Shown: positions 24,196-36,042 of the stretch, piece after piece
How the letters are laid out: each line of letters opens with the position of its first letter
Numbering within the stretch: the first letter of the stretch is position 1
Assembly: GCA_047495785.1 (NCBI GenBank)
Contig: JBLDXI010000002.1
Location: 868,001 to 932,000, forward strand
Length of the DNA: 64,000 nt
Direction of reading: 5' to 3'
From: Lepidodermella squamata
Lineage: Eukaryota > Animalia > Gastrotricha
Position numbers and translations under genes: made by a program
Notes under the pieces: model-generated
Told to the model about the DNA's origin: nothing
Database searches by the model: none
Seen by the model: the letters and a program-made list of their open reading frames with translations, nothing else

Positions 24196-25774
24196 TCAAG
24201 CCTGCTCATAGGCGGCTTCACCACGTTTGGCCTCCTCGTAGCCAGCTTCACCGCGCTGAGCCTCTTCGTAGCCAGCTTCACCACGTTTGGCCTCTTCGTA
24301 GCCAGCTTCCCCGCGCTTGGCTTCTTCGTAGGCGGCTTCACCACGCTTGGCCTCTTCGTAGCCAGCTTCCCCGCGCTTGGCTTCTTCGTAGCCAGCTTCC
24401 CCGCGCTTGGCTTCTTCGTAACCAGCTTCCCTGCGCTTTGCCTCTTCGTAGGCAGCTTCACCACGTTTGGCCTCTTCGTAGCCAGCTTCCCCGCGCTTGG
24501 CTTCTTCGTAACCAGCTTCCCTGCGCTTTGCCTCTTCGTAGGCGGCTTCACCACGCTTGGCCTCTTCGTAACCAGCTTCCCTGCGCTTTGCCTCTTCGTA
24601 GCCAGCTTCCCCGCGCTTGGCTTCTTCGTAACCAGCTTCCCTGCGCTTTGCCTCTTCGTAGGCGGCTTCACCACGCTTGGCCTCTTCGTAGCCAGCTTCC
24701 CCGCGCTTGGCTTCTTCGTAACCAGCTTCCCTGCGCTTTGCCTCTTCGTAGGCGGCTTCACCACGCTTAGCCTCTTCGTAGCCAGCTTCCCTGCGCTTTG
24801 CTTCCTCATAGGCAGCTTCACCGCGCTTGGCCTCTTCGTAGCCAGCTTCCCCGCGCTTGGCTTCTTCGTAACCAGCTTCCCTGCGCTTTGCCTCTTCGTA
24901 GGCGGCTTCACCACGCTTGGCCTCTTCGTAGCCAGCGTCCCTTCGCTTTGCCTCTTCGTAGGCGGCTTCACCGCGCTTGGCCTCCTCGTAGCCAGCTTCA
25001 CCACGCTTTGCCTCTTCGTAGCCAGCTTCCCTGCGCTTTGCCTCTTCGTAGGCGGCTTCACCACGCTTGGCCTCTTCGTAGCCAGCTTCCCCGCGCTTGG
25101 CTTCTTCGTAACCAGCTTCCCTGCGCTTTGCCTCTTCGTAGGCGGCTTCACCACGCTTAGCCTCTTCGTAGCCAGCTTCCCTGCGCTTTGCTTCCTCATT
25201 GGCAGCTTCACCGCGCTTGGCCTCTTCGTAGCCAGCTTCCCCGCGCTTGGCTTCTTCGTAACCAGCTTCCCTGCGCTTTGCCTCTTCGTAGGCGGCTTCA
25301 CCACGCTTGGCCTCTTCGTAGCCAGCGTCCCTTCGCTTTGCCTCTTCGTAGGCGGCTTCACCGCGCTTGGCCTCCTCGTAGCCAGCTTCACCACGCTTTG
25401 CCTCTTCGTAGCCAGCTTCCCTGCGCTTTGCCTCTTCGTAGGCGGCTTCACCACGCTTGGCCTCCTCGTAGCCAGCTTCACCACGCTTTGCCTCCTCGTA
25501 GCCAGCTTCCCTGCGCTTTGCCTCTTCGTAGGCGGCTTCACCGCGCTTGGCTTCCTCGTAGCCAGCTTCACCGCGCTTTGCCTCCTCGTAGCCAGCTTCA
25601 CCGCGCTTGGCCTCTTCGTAGGCGCTCTCACGCCTCATGGTCTCCCCGAGCGGATTCGAAAGGACCGCTGCTATCTATTTTCAAAACAAAATCATCATTG
25701 CCGTTAGTTAAAAGATATGCTTGTCAATCGCAAAAACTCACAAGGCATGCTGCTATCGTTAGCTTGCTGATCAT
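24196..25774 (-). CDS. Secreted repeat-peptide precursor 2 (exons 25774-25742, 25674-24196; 503 aa; 48 units)
   Basis: MISKLTIAACL | GTGAGT..ATAG | IAAVLSNPLGETMRRESAYEEA-(KR-[G/R]EA[A/G]YEEA)n, ending YEQA*. Confidence 0.88.
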
Positions 25775-27564
25775 TTTCGGCTTGAATTTAAGGGCTGATG
25801 GAATATTCGAAAAAGGAAATAGCTTTTGATGAAATGTTGGATTTGTATGAAGATTGAAATTTTCACTTTTTCCGCTACGGTTTTATTGGCGAGCGATGGC
25901 GTTCATTTCATCAGTTGCGCTAGATGAATTGTCTATTATGCTTGCGATCCAGGGTGCCGTGAGCCATGGCACCGCTCCAAGCAAGTTCAGCTGTCATTTC
26001 CTTTTCACGTGCCAGCCGCAAAAAACTTTTTTTAACATCATAAATTAACAATAATATTTGAACAATTATGAATAGAATATGATCGCGCTTTATTTTTTTC
26101 AGCGACGAAATTTCATTCCACACCGACATTGTCATTTGCCGGTAATTCAATAACCAGCCATTCACTTCTCCGAATAACTCCTTACGCAAAGCTGATTTTT
26201 CTTTCATGTTTACAGTCAGAATTCTTTCATTTCTACCGATCGCTGTCATTTCATTTCAATTCCAATAATTTGTAAAACGTCGCGTTCCGACGCAAAAATG
26301 ATCCATTGTTATAGGCCGGGCCAATAGTTTCAAGTCGATCAAATCGAAAATTGAGATTTTTAAGTTACGAACACGCCTTTTCACGCTAGTTAATTTAGAT
26401 TTTCACGATGGGAAATCAATGCACAGTTGAAAGGTCTCAAGTCCATGGCATAAGTATACAGCTTATACATAATAGGACTTTTTGACGCTTGGTTCACCCT
26501 TTAGACTTTGGCTGAAATTACGTAGACGTTAAATTGTCTCTTTGAGCTGAATTGACGATATCTGATAGGACGCCCAAAAACCAAGACCTCCGGTTCCTGA
26601 TTCTGAGCGCGAGTTTAGTTTACTCCAAATTTAGGCATAAATCAAGGAAAAATTGCACGAACTTAAAGAACCCGTTCAGAATTCTGTGCCTTCAGATTTT
26701 TCCCAAAGATTGACGTAGCTGGTAAAGCAGCAAAACTTCAAATGAGGTAGCAAATAGGACGGGGAGCGTGGACGTGATTTGCGACGATACGGTATGCTTG
26801 TTTTCATTCGTGAAAATCAATTTCCGATCACAGCCGCTCAGGGGGCGGGTGTCGTCATGTCGACTTCGGCGCAGAATTGCTGCATCAGGTTTCGCATGAG
26901 GTATCATTTCCCGCAGCCCCTCAGCAACACGTACGCCATCATGCTCTTAGAAAGCATCTCGCCATTCCGACCTGGGCCCATCGCTCCAAGTGGAACCATC
27001 ATCGGCGGGGTTGCAATAGGTGCAGGCTTGATCATATACAGGCGGAAGGTACTGATTTTTTATCCTGATTCAGTTAAATTCGAGATCCATCGAGTGTGTT
27101 TGGTGACAGATGCAGACATTTGGCAGATTACATTTGGCAATTGAACGGGATTTTGAGCATCGCAGGTGAGGTCTCGATGCAAAATCAACACAAAAACGTG
27201 AAATGGAGCTCGCAATTGCACGCAGTTTCCGATACTATGTAGGATTCAGGTTATCCCCAAACTAGCATAAATTTTTGGCTAACCGGAGACGAAGAATGTT
27301 CGATTTTAAAATGGCTAGAAACTTGGTTTTTGGTGAAAAACTGAGGATCCAAATTAAAACCTTCGCCGGAGGAAAGCAGTAGAACACGTTTCACTTCGTT
27401 AATTAGCTGCGATGTGGCTCCATTAATATTTATTCACGCAGCAAGGCGGTTGTAATAGCTTGAAGAAGCGATTAATTACATGAATACATCAATTGCAATA
27501 AGAGTTTTTCCAGCAGTTCTTGAGATAGTAAAATGAGACGATTTTGATTTTTGAGATCAATCGA

Positions 27565-27902
27565 TTAAACTACAAAGTTAGTATTGACAAAAGCAGTCAC
27601 CTCAGACAGAATACTATTTTTCACACTAGCTGATAATTGGGAAAAGCTTTCCCCACGCTTCGCCTCCGGGTAGTTTTCTACAACGCGCTCGGCTTCCTGG
27701 TAGTTGTCCCCGCCACGTTGGGCTTCTTGGTAGTTGGCTCCCTGATATTGGCTCTCGCGCATCATGCTCTCCGTGATTGGATACGAAATGACGGCTGCTA
27801 CCTATTTCAAAAAAGCATTCATCATCGCAGCGTTATCTGATTATGTGTTCATCAATTGCAGAAACTAACCAAGCAGGCTGCTATCATTAGCTTGTAGATC
27901 AT
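27565..27902 (-). CDS. Short precursor paralogue 3 (exons 27902-27870, 27801-27565; 89 aa)
   Basis: MIYKLMIAACL | GTTAGT..ATAG | VAAVISYPITESMMRESQYQGANYQEAQRGGDNYQEAERVVENYPEAKRGESFSQLSASVKNSILSEVTAFVNTNFVV*. Confidence 0.82.
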
Positions 27903-28402
27903 CTCCCGGCTTTAAATAAAAGGGCTGATAAAATATTAGAAAAAAAATTCCTTTAATGAAATTAGATGTGATGAATGAAGATTATCTCAATATGCAGCCA
28001 CGTTTTATAGGCTAACGATCGCGTTTATTTCAGTAGTTTTGCCATATGACTTTCATGATCCCTTGCTTGCGATCCAGGTTGCCGTTATAATGATCGCACC
28101 GCTCCAAGTAAGTTCAGCTGTCGTTTCTTCTCGCGTGTAAGTTCAACTCCCTTATTCTCACAAAGTTTTTTTTGTTTTTCGCTGTCACTTGGGGTCAAAT
28201 TTTTAGGTAAAATGATTTTTTGGGACAATTGGCTTGTAACTGATACCCTGCATTATATTATCGATAGCTCAAAGATTGCAGAATCCAGCGAATCGAGTTC
28301 AAATCTCGATGTGACCATGGTTACTTTTTTGGCCTGTAAGCATCGATGCGGATCGTGGCGGAAAGCATCAACTAGTCGGAACTGGATATTCAAGTCAGCC
28401 TA

Positions 28403-28474
28403 GGGGGCATAGCTCAGTGGTAGAGCGTCTCATTCGCATTGTGAAGGTCTCGGGTTCAATCCCCGATGCCTCCA
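28403..28474 (+). tRNA. tRNA-Ala(CGC)
   Basis: Acceptor stem GGGGGCA/TGCCTCC with G3:U70, A box TAGCTCAGTGG, anticodon loop TT-CGC-AT, B box GGTTCAATCC, downstream T-run terminator. One T-T mismatch in the anticodon stem. Confidence 0.88.
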
Positions 28475-28554
28475 GTTGGCATCTTTTTGACAGGTCCCTT
28501 CAGAAGGGCTGGTGAAATGCTCAAAATTTGATCTAAAACAACAACCAATTAATT

Positions 28555-28590
28555 TCAGATGTGGGATTCGAACCCACGCCCTCTTTCAGG
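28555..28590 (-). pseudogene. 3' half of a tRNA-Leu-like gene
   Basis: The minus strand reads CCTGAAAGAGGGCGTGGGTTCGAATCCCACATCTGA (variable arm, T-arm, acceptor strand). Confidence 0.6.
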
Positions 28591-28965
28591 GTTTTGCTGA
28601 TATTTCGTGGCGAAAAAACAATGATCTTTATTTAAAAGAAATAGCGTGAATTTTTATTTCATTAGTTCATCTAATTTTGACTACCGCATGGAAGAGCATA
28701 TTTTTGAAATAAAATTTGAAATAAAAAATTAGATGGCTGGAAAAATAATGTGGAAAATCAAAATATTTGTGTTTTTTTCCGGAAAATTATCAGAGTAAAT
28801 TTTTACTCCCACTACTTTAATTGAATTTCGCAAATTTGACTTTTTCTCGCGCGGCGACAAAATTGATCCTTATTTCAACGCTGTTTTCAATGCAACGCAA
28901 AACACAGCCATGTATTAGGTAAAACGAATTAAAAAAAAAACGTTGATATTGAATTTTAATTTTCA

Positions 28966-29487
28966 GGCCCGCCTATGTTTCGTCCGCGCGCGCTCTCCTA
29001 TTGGCTGGCATGTGTGCACACCCTGTTGCGCAATCAGTGCGCGCGCGTACAAGTGTAAGCCCCACGGTTGTCTTCAACCTAAAGCAAATGCAGCCAATTT
29101 TATATCAATTTGTTGGTCGCTTATTGCAAAGTTTCATGAATTATTTTGAAGATACCATCAAATCATTGCAAGCGAAAGTTTCATCTCGAATCAACACGCG
29201 TGTAGTCCGACTTGACCGTGTGCGCGCTTGTAAGGAATACAACCCAATTTGTGATCGAAATAAGCGCGCTTACAATGCGTGTGCCCTGTGCGCGATATTT
29301 TGAGAGCACGTAAAAAATGTTCCCTTTAATTTTTTCGAACGAGAACCCCATATTCAATCGATGGAGAGTCGACCGAATTTTATTTTGGTTCAAAAACCGA
29401 CAACATTCTCGAGAAGTCGTCTTTGAAGGGATACGCGCTACCTTTCAACCAATAAGAGAGCGCTCGCGGACGAAACATAAGTGGGCC
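28966..29487. mobile_element. MITE with ~40 bp TIRs
   Basis: GGCCCGCCTATGTTTCGTCCGCGCGCGCTCTCCTATTGG ... CCAATAAGAGAGCGCTCGCGGACGAAACATAAGTGGGCC; TSD not clear. Confidence 0.7.
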
Positions 29488-30235
29488 CGGAAATGTGCAA
29501 TTTGAATTAAAAAATTTTGATTTTTGATATTTGATGTTTCTCAATTGTTACTTGTTACCTTTGTTTTTGAGTGATAAATGAAAGTGTATTAAATTTGTGA
29601 AATTATAATTGGTATACGCGCGCGCGATTGCTCAAACAGGTGCGAACTCGGCCAGCTATTAGTGGGGATGAATCTCACGCACGGTGACGTTAAATTTAGG
29701 CGACGTTAATTTTCAGACCTAACTTTGCACAATTTTGTAATTGAACAATTTTATTATACTGATTTTCCAATTTTTCTGAGTTTTCGAATATTTATTATTT
29801 AAAAAAAATGCTGTGTTTTTCATTTTGGAATGACGCTCAGAAAAGTCATTCATTAATTTTCGGAAGTGTCGTGTTCTGAATTGTCGCGTCATTGAAGATC
29901 GAAATTTCTGAAATGTCGTTACACGCGGATATACGATGTAATAAGTATCAATCAATTACTCAATTCACCAGGATGAGGATAAGTGTGCAATATACGCCAT
30001 GCTTCTAGCAGGTCACCGCGCGCGCAACACACCACGTCATTATTACGCACAAGATGCCGCTAATTACGCCGTCTGTCGTGTTGCGATGATCTGACCCCGG
30101 TAATCAACGCTCTAGGTCAGTGCGGTCTCTCTCAACTTGATTTCGCTATCAACAATCACTGAAGATTTCGTTACACTTCCGCTATAATATCGATTTTTCT
30201 ATCTGAATTTTGCATTATTTCCTTTCGTTTTTCCA

Positions 30236-33200
30236 ATGCCACCAGTTGATGCATCGTCGTCTGTTATTGGTGAGCGGATCATACAATTTGTTTGCGTGTT
30301 TTTATTTCTCGATTTATTAGCCGCTGTCTCGCCGAAATTCGCCCATTTTCTGCCAGAATCATTTAACAAGTTACAGCTAGAAGTTGCGCCTAATGTTAGC
30401 AGCCTTCAATTTCTTCGTGGAAAATTGCTTAAATTTCTTGTTTTTTAGCTGCTGAAATCAGACAACAGTTTTGTCCTCTCATCGTCTAGCGGGTGCGAAG
30501 AGCATGTCGCAATGGATATGGCGATTATTCGACTGCTTGAACACATGCCGGAGAACGCGCCAAAGCCGTGGATTGTTTATTGTGAGTTTAGAACAATTTT
30601 AATTAATTTTAAATGTTTAATTTTTAAATTTTTTTTAATTCTGGAATAATTTATTGCGAAAACGGTGAAAAGTATTTTTTCTCTTCAAAAAATCGATTCT
30701 AAATTTAGGAAAATTTTAGAAATTGATTATTTCTGAGCGAATTTCTTATCGATTTACGAATAAATTTTCAATATTTTCTTGTACAGTGGGGTCGACGCGG
30801 TCGTTGTGCAAATCTCGCATCGACGATTGGGCGCCGAAATTCGCTCGTGCCGGACTGAAAGCGATCCAGCTCACTGCTGAAGATGCCGGGAAGTCAACGA
30901 ATGACGCCTTGGTGCTCGACTCCGCTCACCTTGTTTGCGCTACTCCCGAAAAATGGGACTATGCCCTTCGCCGCAATGAATGGCTCTTCGAGCACATACA
31001 ACTCGTGCTCATTGATGAGGTTCACTCGATTTGCGATAAGGCGCGAGGCGCGACTCTTGAAGCTGTCATCACGCGCATGCTCATGTAAGTCACATCAATT
31101 TTTGCGATTCCTCACAATTTTCTTCATTTAAAAATCGTACAAACCCAAGGAAAATCGCCCTATAAAAATTAACAAAATCAATTTGTTTTGAATTATTATT
31201 CTATAACCAATAGCATTTGAAATTACAATGAATTTTCCTACAAAAAATTGTGTGCCTAATAATCCCAGGCCCATATTACAGCGTGTCCCAGAAGTTGCGC
31301 AAATGTTTTCCAATTTTGTAGGAAATTCAACTAATTTTTTTCAAAATTAAACCTATCGAGAATCGAGACAGTATTTTATCTTTTATACGAGATTGAACCG
31401 AAGAAAAAAATTTACCAGATTTTCAAATTTTCTAAAATTTGTCTGGCCTTGAGGTGAGGCTTTGTCGTAAGTTTCTGAACCTATTTTCCGTGTATTTTCT
31501 CTGCTTACTTATGGGACACGCTGTAGTTCCGTCCAGGCTCGTGGGCGGAATCGCATGGTAAAAGTGGACGCGAAACGGCCCAATTATTCAATGAAAATTG
31601 GACTGCTTATTTTCAAGCTATCAGCTATAAAAATAGTCTGATTTTCATATAAGAAAATTCCAGCTTTGCAACGTTTTTCTACATTCAAAAAATAATGTTT
31701 TAAAGGTCTTTGAAATGATATATTTTTGTTAATTTTCCAGACGAAATTCGCCCTCTTGTCGTTTCGTTGCACTCTGTGCCCCGGCTCCAAATGCGGTTGA
31801 TTTTGCGCGATGGCTCGAGAGCAGAACAACACAAAATAGCGATGTTACTGGAAACTATCGATCGTTTGGCGCCGAATACCGACCTGTGCCGCTCAAGACT
31901 GTGGTCAGGGGCTACAAAGACAACTCGTATCTGAACGGATTCGACGAAGAATTGAACATGAACCTTCCCAACATAATTAAGGTATTTACGTCAAGTTTTT
32001 TAATTTTCGACATCGACTTCGGATTTCTTGAATTTCTTTGATTTCATCGGAATTCGTTCGATTTTTGAAATTTAACATTTTTTGCTTGATTCTAAAATGT
32101 TAGTTATTTTATTGAATTTTTCATAACAAATTTGAAATATTTAAAATATTCAAAATGAAAATCGCTGAGAATTTTTATATTGATTTTTGCGTTATTTCCT
32201 AATTTTTTTCAGGAATTTTCTGACGGGCAGCCATCGCTAATATTTTGCGCCTCGAAAAACCTGACGCAAACGAGCGCCACCACCATGACTGCCGTCCACA
32301 ACCGTTTGATTTTGGGTCTCCGTGATTCATGCGAACTGCGTGATATTGCGAATAGATCCGTCTTTGACAGCGATCTCCGACAAGTCCTACCCTATGGAGT
32401 TGCTTTCTACCACGCCGGCCTGGATGATGCTGACAGGAAAATTGTCGAGCAGCTGTTCTTGCAGCAGAAAATATCGATTCTGTGTAAGTTCTCGCTAACT
32501 TGATATACGGTATAGAATTTCCAAATTTGTTGAATTCCGAAAAATTCTGCGAAATGAATGTTATGTGCGAGTTTTAGGCCCAGAAAAATATTATTAAATT
32601 CAAATTGTTGTACTTCCTCGATATAATATACAGCGTGTCCCAGAAGATGCACAACTATTTTTTCGCAACTTTCTGTAAAAAATTCAAATAATTTTTTAAA
32701 TTGAACCTGACGAGAGAAAAATCCATGTTTTATCCGCGATTTAACTGAAGAAATGAAAATTTCACTGGAGAAAACCCGGAAAACCCCGATGGTGACTGGT
32801 TCGGTAATTTTCGCTATTTCACGTGGTTGGATAACATTTCTGCGGATTTTTTTTGTCTACGGATTAAGAAGTGACCTACTTGATTATTATTCTTGTGATT
32901 TTTTTAAATTTACAAAAAATTTCCGGCCATGAAGTGCAGCTTCGTCTCTCATTTAGGAGTTTCTGAACCCTGTTCCGTGTTTTTTCTTTGCTTGCGTTAT
33001 ATGGGACACGCTGTATATAGATCCCTCCAAAGAAAAAATTGGAAATTTGTTTCTAAAAATAATTACGATATAAATTCTTGATGGGAGTTTATTCACAGGC
33101 CTGTAATTGGCTCAAAATTTCAAAAAATTTAGAATTCGGTGAAAGACTATTCGGATTATAAGAACTATTTTTGAAATTTCAAAGCAAAAGTTTTCGAAAT

Positions 33201-35817
33201 TTTTCTTCGGTCTCACTCTGAGCGGAACTAGAGTTCAGAAGTTTAAATGGGGTCAAAATCACTTTTTAAACCTATATATCAAAGTTTTTAATGGGCATCT
33301 GTGTGGGATTTTGCCATAATAGAATCAATAGTTAATTTCGGAAATCTGACTTGGCCTTAAATTTATCAAATTATTCGAGAAGAGAAAATTAGCTCATCCT
33401 GAGTTTGGTGCATGGCTTCGAAATGTTTTCGTTCGATATTCTGTATTTTGTACATTTTGGCGCTGTCAGAATAAGGGTCCCCCACAGAGCAGCAGGCTTC
33501 AATTGGAAAAATCTAAAATGCCATGAGAAAACTAAGTACTTCTCACCCGAATAGGATAAAAAAATCCGAAGAAATTTTAACCAACCAGGTAAAAACCGAA
33601 CTCGCTGTATCTCAAATTTACGGTAGAATTCGACATTTTCCCTGAAAATTGTGCTAGAAATGCATGAAATCCCGACTTGATTTTATTAAATTTCCATTTT
33701 GGGATTTTTTCGTAGTTTCGACTACTGGTTTGTCAAGCGGGTCCAACTTAACCGCTCACCTGGTCGTGCTGAAACCGCCTCGGATATTCAACGAAAAAAT
33801 TAAAGTCGAAGAAATCGGTGCTCTCGCGCTAAATCAAGTGATCAGCCGGGCTGGCCGGGCGGAATTCGACTCATCCAGTGTCGTCGTGTTAATGACTAGT
33901 TTCGAAACTACAAGCCATTACGAAGCAGTCTTACGAGACGGACCTCGCCTTGATTCTTGGCTAAATAACCGATTTTTGGAGTGTTTTAACACCGAAGTCG
34001 CCGTTGGAACTTTTAACTCGCGACTGGGTGCCGTAAATTGGCTGTCGAAAACGTTTTTCGCCAAATCATTCAAAAATGATGCCATGGATTTTTCGCAATT
34101 TTCGACAAAATTAATTTCGGAATCGATCGATAGTTTAATTGCGTTCGGAATTTTCGAGCGCAACACCGGTGATGAGCTGAGAAATACGACGGCCGGCCGA
34201 ATTATGGCCAATTTTAACGTCGATGTTCAGACCATGTCATTCATTATTCGATTCCTCGATGATCGTCGTTCGTCGTTTGAATTCGGTGATTTGGTCGACT
34301 TTGCGTCGCGAGCTTCGGAAGCTCAGCAAGGCGTCCAGGTTCGGTGGCAAACTGAACTGGACGTCTTGCGCGATCTTGCCTCGAAGCTCAGAATGCCTGG
34401 TCTGCCTAGGTTCATTGACAGGGAGCATAAGATCCGGGTGTTAGTTCGCGCTGACCTGGCTGGATTCCATCTCCAAGCGCAAATGGCGGGGGATGCGGCG
34501 CAATGTCGACGCGGAGTTCTCAGAGTTATAGGTAAGTAGAAAAATTATGTTTTCCTAATTTAATTAGTATGACTTTTCGTAAAAGATACAGAGAATAAAT
34601 CTTCACCTTGAGCACTTTCTTCCCAACGAATTTTCAGCGGTGAATTTTTGTTTCACATGGTTTTTAAAATGTTCAAAAATTGCCTAAAAATTTCGAATAC
34701 CCTGAATTTGATTTTCTTCCTTGAAAAAAGTTTGAATTCAATCCTCGAAATTCCCATTATTCCACCTATTCGGGTATAAAACATGAATTTTATTATCTAA
34801 TGAAAAAAAGCTTCAGAAATTAACTAAATTTAGGGTTCCAGCACTAAATTTGAGACTCCAGCACTAGATTTCCCTTGAATATACTTTTTCGAGTTTTATG
34901 TCCTCTAAAATCTCAATTTTTTATCGTGCCCAACCGATAGATCTGCATATTACGCGTATTTTATAAGCGGTCAGTTTACCAGAGCCGATATAGATTCCAT
35001 TTATCGATTTTACAAATCAGTGATTTTTCCGATATCAACCATCTTGGAACCCAACATTGATAATCGTTTTACGTAGCTTAGGACGGCAGGTTGTAAAATA
35101 AAAAATCCTAGGATCAGGGAGGGCATCAGTATCGAAAAAACGGAAACACCGAAATCGCAAAGAATCTAAATATTTCAGTGCTGGAACCTCATTTTAAGCT
35201 ATGCAATCTTCAGAAAAATTCCAGTAATTTGTGTTACTCGTAAAAGTGAGATGAATTTGAAATTGAAAGACTAGAAAAAATATCTCATACCACCTAAAAA
35301 CAAGGCAATTATAGCTTTACAGCGTGTCCCAGAATTTTTGCAAATGTTAATAAATTTGTCAGAATTTTGTAGAAAATTCAACTAAATTTATTATAAATTA
35401 CAGGAGATAATCTTGTTCCGCGATTCTACCGAATTTACCGGACAAAACCCGGTAACTGGTTCGGTAATTTTTGGTATTAGACCCGGCTGGACCAATTATT
35501 CCGGACTTTTTTATATCCCGGTTTATTCAAAATTCAAGTTTTATTTTACGGTTTTTCCAGCTCATAATGTCAACACTTTTAATATTACTGGATTTTCACT
35601 CATTTTTACAGGCTGTTTGACCGCACTCGCGGAAGCCCGACTCGCTGAAGAAAAAGATTGCAAAATCGGATTGTCGCAGCTGTCTGCGTTGATCAGCGCC
35701 CAGCAGTGCCTGAAGACTGGCAGTACAACTTATCTACGAGGCAACGGCAATTCTTCGATCGAGCCTAGCATCTACGAATCGCCGACGAAAAAGGTAAAAT
35801 GTGAACATCAAAATTAA
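30236..35817 (+). CDS. MER3/HFM1-like Ski2-family helicase homologue, 8 exons, degenerate ATPase motifs
   Basis: Approximate exons 30236-30269, 30321-30394, 30449-30581, 30787-31084, 31741-31981, 32213-32482, 33716-34531, 35612-35817 with compatible phases. Motifs FNKLQ, CATPEKWD, LIDEVH, RGATLEAVITRM, YRPVPL, GVAFYHAGLDDADRKIVEQLF, RAGRAEFD. Confidence 0.85.
31279..31523. mobile_element. Tc1/mariner-type MITE (TA TSD); further copies at 32631-33013 and partial copies near 35320, 59080-59594 and 61378
   Basis: TA-CAGCGTGTCCCA ... TGGGACACGCTG-TA termini, with shared internal GTTCGGTAATTTT blocks in most copies. Confidence 0.8.
32631..33013. mobile_element. Tc1/mariner-type MITE, intronic copy
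   Basis: TA-CAGCGTGTCCCAG ... TGGGACACGCTG-TA. Confidence 0.8.
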
Positions 35818-36001
35818 CGGAGTAAAGTAATTTCATCGCTCAATTTGTAACGTGATTTTGTTGATTCAGTATATTCAGTTTTCACCTGGCCATCGATTTG
35901 TAAAGCCTGATGATTTGCTTTTAATAAATAATGTGAATTTTTTAATTCTTTGTTTTTGAATCCTGCCCACAGTTTTTTGCTTCATGACTCTATCTCAGTA
36001 A

Positions 36002-36042
36002 GTCAGGACGACCGAGCGGTCTAGGGCGCAAGATCTGGTCCT
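36002..36042 (+). pseudogene. 5' half of a tRNA-Leu-like gene (anticodon loop deleted)
   Basis: GTCAGGACGACCGAGCGGTCTAGGGCGCAAGA-TCTGGTCCT resembles the eukaryotic tRNA-Leu 5' end GTCAGGATGGCCGAGCGGTCTAAGGCGC. Confidence 0.55.

Noticed and set aside
16030-25774. Fungal dikaritin (ustiloxin-type) cluster
   Set aside because: The precursor architecture is similar, but no DUF3328/UstY oxidase, tyrosinase or transporter is visible in the window, and the neighbouring genes are metazoan-type.
26400-27380. GC-richer segment with several short ORFs between precursor copies
   Set aside because: May be a decayed gene or TE, but no frame gives a recognisable motif.
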